Shown here piece after piece: positions 1 to 6,621 of a stretch of DNA of 32,008 nucleotides (positions are counted from its first letter, which is position 1; every line of letters starts with the position of its first letter). Source of the stretch: a virus. Taxonomy: Duplodnaviria > Caudoviricetes. The stretch lies in IMG/VR virus record IMGVR_UViG_3300025389_000069, positions 1 to 32,008 of that record, one strand, 5' to 3'. The translations under genes were made by a program, and so were the position numbers. The notes under the pieces are model-generated. The model was not told the origin of the DNA. It worked only from the letters and a program-made list of their open reading frames with translations, and made no database searches.

Positions 1-514
1 GCGGGGTAATACTATCTTTAAAATACGTATAAAGATCTTTGTTAGCATCATTAGGAACAGCAGTCTCTATACTTTCCCTAATATCTCGTGCGTAGTCTTC
101 ACCGCTTTGCCCGTATCTATTTACCCCAGTACCATTCCAAATTTTAAACCAATCTTGTTTAAGACGGTCTCCAATATTTCTAGCATTAACAAAAGCAGCG
201 ACGTTTGCGGCTACTTGGGGAGAATACATATTGTTTGTCAAATCCCCATATAACCGTTTAGCTTCACTAGTAAAATGATCAACAACCGGCTTTTTATTTT
301 TATCAAGATAATTGAATCCAAAATCGTCACGATTTTCTTTTAGTCTAAGCGCAGTCAACTCTTCTGCAGTGGGCATTTTATAACCCATCTTAATAGCATC
401 TTGGATAGCACTAAGTCTTGATGCCATAGCATCTACATCAATTTTTAATGGGCGAGTCTCAATCCCGGAATCAGTGTCAGGCGAGTGTCTATACCCTTCT
501 ATAATTCTTAACAT
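1..514 (-). CDS. Partial ORF downstream of terL (runs off window), hypothetical; weak lysozyme/transglycosylase-like motifs
   Basis: Not in the ORF track. ATG at 514-512 overlaps the terL stop (TAATG). Reads MLRIIEGYRHSPDTDSG...ALRLKENRDDFGFN...WNGTGVNRYGQSGEDYARDI... with no stop to the window edge. Confidence 0.7.
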   Translation of the reverse strand, partial: MLRIIEGYRHSPDTDSGIETRPLKIDVDAMASRLSAIQDAIKMGYKMPTAEELTALRLKENRDDFGFNYLDKNKKPVVDHFTSEAKRLYGDLTNNMYSPQVAANVAAFVNARNIGDRLKQDWFKIWNGTGVNRYGQSGEDYARDIRESIETAVPNDANKDLYTYFKDSITP

Positions 515-2037
515 TAGTAATATCCTGTACGTCTCACGGATCTAAAAAATTTCGTCGGTTCAGGTTCGTCAGTTGGTAAACGAATAAACCCACCCTGTCT
601 GAACCGCGCTAGGGCAAGTGAGGTCGCGTCAACTAAGTCGTCATTCTTGCCACTGGGGAAGTCGTTGCATTCCTCAATGACCTCTCTAGCCCACCGTCGA
701 TCTGGTGCCCAGACAATACCCGCTGAGAACAAGTCCGATATGGCGTTCACTCGCGATATCTTGTCCTGCCCTTTTCCCGGAGTAAACTCGCTGATCGGAA
801 TACCCATGCGCCGCATCTCTTGATAGAGTGCAGCACCGTTGGACTTCTTCTCAACAATAAACGAATCTGGGTTCCACTCTTTATACTGTTCTAACACCAT
901 CGACTTCAAGTCAGGGAATTCTAACCGTTCTTTGATAGCATTTAATAGTATAATGTTGTGGTTCTTAGTGTTCTCGTTAAAAAATACCCCCCAAACCAAC
1001 AGCGCATTGAAGTCAGCCCGGTTGTTAGTCTCTTGAGCGGCGTCCAACGACATGATGACAAACTCACAACTGGGCGGGTTGTCCGGCTCCCAAATCTGCC
1101 ACCACTCTCTTTTAATAAGAGCGCCTTCTTCAGACGTCGGCTCCTGCATATACTGGGCTTGCCAATACCGCACATCCATCGACGCCTTCTTAGCCATCAA
1201 CTCGTCTATTGGCCAGAACTCAGGCCAGAGGGGTTTGTCATTAAGAATGGCAGGGAATTCAACTACTTCCCACTCATCTGAGTCATCATTGCGTGTCATG
1301 TGGTCAACGATCTGACCAGTTAAGTCAAGCTTCGACCACCGTGTCATTACGACAATGATCGCACCACCCGGCATTAGTCGTTGGATTGGGCCTGACTGGA
1401 ACCACTCCCATGCTGGTTCAAATACGTCCGCACGGCCTTGCATGGCCTGTTGTTCGGAATGAGGATCGTCAATAATGAACAGGTCAGCACCGCGACCAGC
1501 GAGAGCACCACCCACACCAATAGCAAAATACTCACCGTTAAAGTTAGTACCCCACCGACTAGCGGACTTACTATCAGCTTGTAACTCCACTTGAGGAAAG
1601 ATGTCATGGTATAAGTCTCCACCTACTAAGTTACGGACTCGGCGTCCAAAATTTACCGCTAAATCAGCAGTATGTGAGGCCATAATGACCTTTTTCTGGG
1701 GGTATTTACCCAAAAACCACGCTGGTGCAAGGTAAGAAATCATCTCCGATTTGCCATGTCGAGGGGCAATATTGACGATTACACGCTTCTTTTTACCCGC
1801 TGCAATCTCTTCAAAGATCTTTGCAAGCCGATAATGGTGTGGCCCAACCTTATAACCGGGGTAAACATGTTTAATAAAGCTTAAAAAATCGTCTTTAGCT
1901 TTGGTTTTGATCAAATTTTCGCTATATTTCTTAAGCAAATCAGCCGTTTTGCGTTTCTGTGCATCAGGCATAGTCGGTAAAGCCGCCCGTAATCGGGCAA
2001 TATCGTCCGGACTTATCCTTTGTACAGTGTTAGTCAT
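514..2037 (-). CDS. terL: Phage terminase large subunit
   Basis: Walker A APRHGKSE, Walker B IIDDPH, motif III VMTRW, C-terminal RNase H-like nuclease with SLDAA and NDDLVDA. Confidence 0.96.
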   Translation of the reverse strand: MTNTVQRISPDDIARLRAALPTMPDAQKRKTADLLKKYSENLIKTKAKDDFLSFIKHVYPGYKVGPHHYRLAKIFEEIAAGKKKRVIVNIAPRHGKSEMISYLAPAWFLGKYPQKKVIMASHTADLAVNFGRRVRNLVGGDLYHDIFPQVELQADSKSASRWGTNFNGEYFAIGVGGALAGRGADLFIIDDPHSEQQAMQGRADVFEPAWEWFQSGPIQRLMPGGAIIVVMTRWSKLDLTGQIVDHMTRNDDSDEWEVVEFPAILNDKPLWPEFWPIDELMAKKASMDVRYWQAQYMQEPTSEEGALIKREWWQIWEPDNPPSCEFVIMSLDAAQETNNRADFNALLVWGVFFNENTKNHNIILLNAIKERLEFPDLKSMVLEQYKEWNPDSFIVEKKSNGAALYQEMRRMGIPISEFTPGKGQDKISRVNAISDLFSAGIVWAPDRRWAREVIEECNDFPSGKNDDLVDATSLALARFRQGGFIRLPTDEPEPTKFFRSVRRTGYY

Positions 2038-2222
2038 GCAACTGGGGGTAATTCGTCTGCATTCTTAAACCCCCAAATCAACCCATCATCTGTGCTATCA
2101 CACTCTGCGCACTGTATATCTGACGTTGCAAGCAAATAAAACTTGTCACCACCACACTGTTCGCAGGTTAGGGCTAGATCTTCCGGGAGTAACTTGGCAT
2201 GGAGTTGGACAATATTACTCAT
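2034..2222 (-). CDS. Small Zn-ribbon protein
   Basis: CEQC...CAEC. Start at 2222 (MSNIVQLH) overlaps the end of the upstream gene, and its stop overlaps the terL start (ATGA). Confidence 0.7.
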   Translation of the reverse strand: MSNIVQLHAKLLPEDLALTCEQCGGDKFYLLATSDIQCAECDSTDDGLIWGFKNADELPPVA

Positions 2223-2835
2223 CAGTAACATCCTCTGGGATATCACTTTCTTCTTCGTCGTCTTCTTCCATGTCCTCTACGTCTTGCACGTATCCAACGT
2301 AACCAGATGGGGGGACAATGGCATATTCAATATTATCAAGTACCGATAACAACTCTTTCTCAACCTCTTCCATAGGCTTAATTGTGATCGTAGTCTCGGA
2401 ACGCTTCTTAAACGCGTCAACGCCGTCAATGTCACCCAACTTGGACAATGCTGCAATGCGATCTTTAGGGTTCTTGGCAGTTTCTACTTCATAGACCAAC
2501 TTGTTGATGACGTACATCTTAAAGTCAGATAGCTCATTGACCAGCATCACGTTGGACTGCTCAATCATGCCCGCAAGGTAGGCCATCGTCTCGTCTTTGT
2601 ACTTGGCAAACTCGGGCCGACTGTCTGGGTTAGTGACCATCTGGTGGGCTAAGGTCTCAGCCTCAACTTGTTCTTTTTCAGTTGGCACAATAGACCTGCC
2701 TTGCAGATCAGCCAACATTTTAATTGTGGTAGCTCTGAGTTTGATCTCGTCGTGCGGAGACATCTCAGGTATGTCTTTCACCGAGCGGGAAGGCAGCGGG
2801 ATACCGCTCTCTATGTCAGGAATAAGTGTTTGCAT
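2215..2835 (-). CDS. Putative terminase small subunit
   Basis: Helical ~200-aa protein with acidic tail, first gene of the operon upstream of terL. Start at 2835 chosen because of a GGGGGA RBS-like sequence. Function is by position only. Confidence 0.6.
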   Translation of the reverse strand: MQTLIPDIESGIPLPSRSVKDIPEMSPHDEIKLRATTIKMLADLQGRSIVPTEKEQVEAETLAHQMVTNPDSRPEFAKYKDETMAYLAGMIEQSNVMLVNELSDFKMYVINKLVYEVETAKNPKDRIAALSKLGDIDGVDAFKKRSETTITIKPMEEVEKELLSVLDNIEYAIVPPSGYVGYVQDVEDMEEDDEEESDIPEDVTDE

Positions 2836-2858
2836 GGGATCCCCCAAGTATTGCGCTA

Positions 2859-2887
2859 TGTATACAGGTGACAAATAAAATTAGCAA
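2859..2887 (-). promoter_or_regulatory. Candidate sigma70-type promoter for the packaging operon
   Basis: Minus strand reads TTGCTA-17 nt-TATACA, ending 23 nt before the ATG at 2835. Confidence 0.4.
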
Positions 2888-2991
2888 GGGGCATAGGCGC
2901 AATTTAGTTTGCGTACACAACGTAGACGCAACTTATAGGAAATATATTAACTTTTGTATAAACGTGTTTAGACGTAGTTAATGATATGAAA

Positions 2992-3270
2992 GGAGGTAAG
3001 GAATCCTACCCGGGGGGTTTCCTATTAAAGATGGCGTACAAGTTGGGCTTGTCGGGGTGCCGCAGGGTCTAACTTTGTTGGAAGGGGTGCATTAGGTATC
3101 CGTGGCAGGGCCACTCCAGTTTCCTTCTCAACCTGCTACTAGCGCATCTAGTCAGACGCCATCACCCCTAATGTATCATTTATTAGTCATTAACTCAGTT
3201 AATGCATATTAAAATAGTCCCCCTAGTTTGAGGGGAGGTAAGGAATCCTACCCGGGGGGTTTCCCTATTA
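2992..3270. repeat. Pair of 36/37-bp direct repeats (2992-3027 and 3234-3270)
   Basis: GGAGGTAAGGAATCCTACCCGGGGGGTTTCC(C)TATTA twice, differing by one C; internal hairpin GGT(A)AGG-AAT-CCTACC. Confidence 0.95.
3030..3177 (+). ncRNA. Putative structured ncRNA (four-way junction plus pseudoknot), family unknown
   Basis: Hand-folded: P1 3030-37/3156-63, P2 3040-55/3060-75, P3 3077-85/3123-32, P4 3102-06/3110-14, P5 3133-42/3148-55, pseudoknot 3086-96/3167-77. Multiple G-U pairs work only on the + strand. Confidence 0.65.
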
Positions 3271-3354
3271 GAGCAGGGTGGGGGGTCTTGTATAACCGAG
3301 TTTTGAAAAAGTGCAGATTATTTGTGCGAACCCAAGTGTATCAGCTCGTAACGG

Positions 3355-3402
3355 AGTCCCAAAAATAAAAAGGGTGGTACGGGGTGTAGTGGGGTTGGGA
3401 CT
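3355..3402 (+). other. Canonical G-quadruplex motif bracketed by an 8-bp inverted repeat
   Basis: GGG-TGGTAC-GGGG-TGTAGT-GGGG-TT-GGG at 3372-3399; AGTCCCAA (3355-62) / TTGGGACT (3395-3402). Confidence 0.55.
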
Positions 3403-3420
3403 AAGAGTACAGAGTAAATC

Positions 3421-3863
3421 TGTTCCAAAATCTGTTCCAAAGTTTGGAACAAGGTGACATTGTTCCGATGTTCCAAAATCTGTTCCAACTTTGTTTTTGC
3501 TTTGGAACAGGTATTTACTTTGTTAATCAATAAGTTACAGCGTTCTGTTCCAATGTTCCAACTTTTTTGAAGGGTATAATTGGGACTGACAGGGTGACCG
3601 TGCGTGAAAGGGTGATGACCGCGAGTGACTTTGTCGACTTCTGGAAATTGCCCTATTTTGCACTTTGGAACAAATTTACATTTTTTGTCGCATTTAAAAT
3701 AGAAAATACAAGATTCTCTCTCTTTATATATATATTATTATTATTATTATTAGTACATTCAATCACTTAACCTTTTTCCACTTTGTAAAACTTAACCAAA
3801 TTTGAATTCTAATACAAGTTACGTTTTTGGAACATTGGGAACAAAACATAGAACATTAGAACA
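3421..3863. repeat. Iteron-like TGTTCCAA/TTGGAACA cluster around an AT-rich tract; putative phage replication origin
   Basis: TGTTCCAA at 3421, 3433, 3469, 3481, 3546, 3554 (variant 3461). TTGGAACA at 3444, 3502, 3665, 3827 (variants 3836, 3848, 3856). (TA)n(TTA)6 tract at 3725-3752. Confidence 0.75.
3525..3537 (+). promoter_or_regulatory. IHF consensus site
   Basis: AATCAATAAGTTA matches WATCAANNNNTTR exactly; a one-mismatch site ATTCAATCACTTA lies at 3757-3769. Confidence 0.6.
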
Positions 3864-3872
3864 AAATCATGG

Positions 3873-4018
3873 GCGTTGCGCCGCTTCGCGTCGCCGGGCT
3901 AAAGCCCTAACGCTTTCGACGTCCCGTCGAGGAAACAGAGTAAGAACTAAATGAACTCGCTTTGCTCGTGTTCACTACGTTCACTTTGTGCCGAGTCACG
4001 TGTCCACATGACGTCGGC
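3873..4018 (-). other. Cluster of ssDNA-type mini-hairpins (candidate single-strand initiation/primosome assembly signal)
   Basis: Minus strand: GCGACGC-GAA-GCGGCGC, CGAGC-AAA-GCGAG, GTGAAC-GTA-GTGAAC (triloops with G.A mismatches). Further stems at 3896-3907, 3916-3930 and 3990-4018. Confidence 0.5.
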
Positions 4019-4113
4019 GTTTACCGCTGTCGCACGGTTCTAATAAGTTCATCGCTTAATTACTTAATTCACCGCATACAAATAAATTCCGGCATGGTTT
4101 TGCATGAGAGGGG

Positions 4114-4212
4114 CTGTGGATAAATTATCCACAGGTTATCCACAGGTTATCCACAGGTTACCAACAAGGTTATCCACAGGTTACCAACAAGGTTATCCAC
4201 AGGTTACCCCCA
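4114..4212. promoter_or_regulatory. Tandem array of DnaA boxes
   Basis: Perfect TTATCCACA at 4115-23 (inverted), 4125-33, 4136-44, 4147-55, 4170-78 and 4193-4201. Two-mismatch copies at 4158, 4181 and 4204. Period is 11-12 bp. Confidence 0.9.
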
Positions 4213-4222
4213 ATGCAGTGTG

Positions 4223-4315
4223 ACCTTGTATAACGCCCACCACAAGGCGCAAACCAGACAGATACTGGCATATGGGCAAAGAAGAGATCACCGAGCCGCA
4301 ACCATTATACAAGGT
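4223..4315. repeat. 11-bp perfect inverted repeat
   Basis: ACCTTGTATAA (4223-33) / TTATACAAGGT (4305-15). Confidence 0.7.
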
Positions 4316-4472
4316 AGTCATAAAAGCCTATAAAACAAGCCTTTTTTGAATAGTCAATAATTATTAAATATTCTTAATAATCGGTCGCGCCCTGTTGACA
4401 GTAAGATAATTGACGCTCACCCGAGGGGTGACGGGGTTGGCCGTTTCCAACCACTTCAAAGAGGTTTAACTC

Positions 4473-4778
4473 ATGAACGACTTACAAAAAGCCACGGCCT
4501 TAGTGCATTTCCTGATCGAACAAGGTTTCAAACTGACAATCTGCAACGGGGGCGAATCAATCGAATTCGCTTGGACAAACAACGCCCAAACAGTTATCGC
4601 GCACCTAAATCAAACAGGGTTGGATGATTTACTAACTGCACGTGACGGGCGCACCTGTTTCATTCAACTGGTCTACCAAGGCGAACCCGAATCGCTGATC
4701 GCAGACTACAGCGTGAGTCTCGAAAACCTAATCTTCGACTTCGAATCAATCATCACCGAAACCGAGGGAGCACACTAA
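4473..4778 (+). CDS. Hypothetical early protein
   Basis: GAGGT RBS; first ORF of a tightly packed + strand arm. Confidence 0.8.
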   Translation: MNDLQKATALVHFLIEQGFKLTICNGGESIEFAWTNNAQTVIAHLNQTGLDDLLTARDGRTCFIQLVYQGEPESLIADYSVSLENLIFDFESIITETEGAH

Positions 4779-4780
4779 CC

Positions 4781-5179
4781 ATGGGCGTTTACTACAGCAT
4801 CGACACCGAAATCGAGATCGAAGTGTCCGACTTCGTGCAATCGATGGACGGGCACGACGAGAACGAGTGCGCCACGTGTCTGGCGCCTGAAGCACTGGTT
4901 TATGGGGTGATGAATGACGTGGAAGGTTTCGTAGAAACGCTCGCCCAGGAGCAAGCCCAAGAAATTGTCAACAGAATCAACGAGTTGCACCCGTCAACCC
5001 AGCCGCTCCCAGAAGAACCCCAACAGGATCAAGCACTTACAGAAATGAACAACGCTGTTCTGCGCCGAGCGGCCGAAGTTCTAGAAGCACTGCAACTGGT
5101 AATTGGGCTAGGCACACACAGCCAAGACGCAATGCACCTCCGCGCCATGATCAAAACCAACCAAATCTCACTAATCTAA
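4781..5179 (+). CDS. Hypothetical acidic early protein
   Basis: GAGGGAG RBS; starts 2 nt after the previous stop. Confidence 0.8.
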   Translation: MGVYYSIDTEIEIEVSDFVQSMDGHDENECATCLAPEALVYGVMNDVEGFVETLAQEQAQEIVNRINELHPSTQPLPEEPQQDQALTEMNNAVLRRAAEVLEALQLVIGLGTHSQDAMHLRAMIKTNQISLI

Positions 5180-5192
5180 AGGACACCTAAAC

Positions 5193-6356
5193 ATGAACAC
5201 AACCACAACAGCCACTGGCCAGATTATCAACACCTCGTTCGGCGGCGCGGTCAACTCAACCGTGTCTCACCAATGGGCATCGCGACCGGACGACGAGCGA
5301 TACACAAGCCTCACCGACCTACACGAACACTGCGCAACGCAACGGGCAAACAGCGTCGGCAAAGTACTGGCCAACCGTGACCTCACTGCCGTTCCAGTGG
5401 ATGGCGACCACAAAGGACTGCACATTGTCGGCCGCGCTGGGCAACCGGTGGTGGCGGCGACCAATTGGTCATTCAATCAACTGGCGCAACTGGCCAAAGC
5501 CCCTGCCGGCTACCTACAAACTCTGCCCAGTGCGCTCACCGCCGACCTGATCAATTACGGGCTGCACGTCGCACGTGACCCCGAAGAGATGGGTGTACTG
5601 CTAACCCAGTCACTGAACGGAGACATACCAACCCTGCGCGCCGCGACTGGCGCTAACTACGGGCGAGTGTGGAACTCAGACATTACCCGCCGTCTAGTAG
5701 ATCGCTTTGGCACTGGCATCGATGGTGACTTTAAAATCCCCGCCGAGTTCGGTGTACGTCAGCCGATCACCAAAGACAACACCACGCTCTACGCATCCGA
5801 CCGCGATTTTTTCGTGTTCCTAGCGGACGAAGAAAACCGGATCGAACTGCCCAACCGCCGCGATGGGCGAACTGGCTCACTGGCTCGGGGTTTCTACATC
5901 AGCAACTCAGAAACAGGCGCAGGCACGTTGACCTTTGGTTGTATGCTTTTCGACTTCGCTTGCATGAACCGCAATCTTTGGGGCGTGAACGAGTTCCAAG
6001 AAATCCGCATCCGCCACACAAAGAGCGCGCCGCATAAACTCACCGAAACGTTGCTGCCAACGCTCAACGCTTTTGCACGTGAGAACCGCGACCAACTGAC
6101 GACCATGCAATCGATGCTGATCGCGGCACAGCAAAAAAAGATTGACGACGTTGACGCTTTCTTACGTGCACGAAAATTCAGTGGCGTACAAGTTAACGCA
6201 ATCAAGACAGTGGCAATGGCCGAGGAGGGACGACCTATCGAAAGCCTGTTCGACGCATCGGCCGCAGTCACAGCATACGCTCGAGGGATCACGCACCAGA
6301 ACCAACGTGTGGAACTGGAACGGATCGGCGGCTCAATTCTAAAACTGGCGGCCTAA
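5193..6356 (+). CDS. DUF932-like protein (family of phages and conjugative elements)
   Basis: N-terminal QWASRPDDERYTSL, LYASDRDFFVFL, GFYISNSETG and ACMNRNLWG..IRIRH motifs recognised from DUF932 proteins; AAGGA RBS. Confidence 0.75.
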   Translation: MNTTTTATGQIINTSFGGAVNSTVSHQWASRPDDERYTSLTDLHEHCATQRANSVGKVLANRDLTAVPVDGDHKGLHIVGRAGQPVVAATNWSFNQLAQLAKAPAGYLQTLPSALTADLINYGLHVARDPEEMGVLLTQSLNGDIPTLRAATGANYGRVWNSDITRRLVDRFGTGIDGDFKIPAEFGVRQPITKDNTTLYASDRDFFVFLADEENRIELPNRRDGRTGSLARGFYISNSETGAGTLTFGCMLFDFACMNRNLWGVNEFQEIRIRHTKSAPHKLTETLLPTLNAFARENRDQLTTMQSMLIAAQQKKIDDVDAFLRARKFSGVQVNAIKTVAMAEEGRPIESLFDASAAVTAYARGITHQNQRVELERIGGSILKLAA

Positions 6357-6358
6357 TC

Positions 6359-6493
6359 ATGAAATTGTGGCACGTGCTTATGGTCGCGGGGGTTGCTTTC
6401 GCTCTTGCGGCTGTATTCGAGAGTCCGACACGGTGCGCTTGGCTCTGCGTGGGGTCACTAACCTGCGCGTGGCTCGCTAACCGACAACGTTAA
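6359..6493 (+). CDS. Small hydrophobic (putative membrane) peptide, 44 aa
   Basis: Not in the track. MKLWHVLMVAGVAFALAAVFESPTRCAWLCVGSLTCAWLANRQR begins 2 nt after the previous stop and has two hydrophobic segments. Confidence 0.6.
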   Translation: MKLWHVLMVAGVAFALAAVFESPTRCAWLCVGSLTCAWLANRQR

Positions 6494-6507
6494 CCTAAAA
6501 AAGGTAA

Positions 6508-6577
6508 CCCCCCCTAACGGGGGGGCAATCCCAAGAAAAAACTATAGAACGGCACTGGTATCAAACAACAACGCGGC
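6508..6577 (+). promoter_or_regulatory. Hairpin + ACTGGTATC..CAACAACGCGG motif, copy 1
   Basis: C7-TAAC-G7 hairpin at 6508-25, then GCACTGGTATCAAACAACAACGCGGC at 6552-77; intergenic. Confidence 0.7.
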
Positions 6578-6621
6578 AAAACTGTAAAAACATAATTTAT
6601 AAACTATAGGACGTAAAAACC

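Noticed and set aside
3030-3163. tRNA or hammerhead ribozyme
   Set aside because: Cloverleaf-like topology, but no TTCRA T-loop, no 7-nt anticodon loop and wrong arm lengths. No CUGANGA core on either strand.
2992-3270. Mini-CRISPR array (36-bp partly palindromic repeats)
   Set aside because: Only two repeats, the 206-nt interval is far longer than a spacer, and there is no cas operon. The Cas4-like gene is a standard phage replication exonuclease.
3318-3770. ORFs 3318-3530 (-) and 3567-3770 (+)
   Set aside because: They translate the iterons and the (TTA)n tract (LEQILEQ, poly-Leu), use TTG starts and have no convincing RBS.
4114-4212. Captured bacterial oriC or host contamination
   Set aside because: No dnaA, dnaN or gidA context; flanks are phage-like, and the near-perfect tandem unit is unlike a chromosomal origin.
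4395-4415. Sigma70 promoter from TTGACA (4395) or TTGACG (4410)
   Set aside because: No -10 hexamer at 16-18 nt spacing; GATAAT lies only 4 nt after TTGACA. The early promoter could not be assigned.
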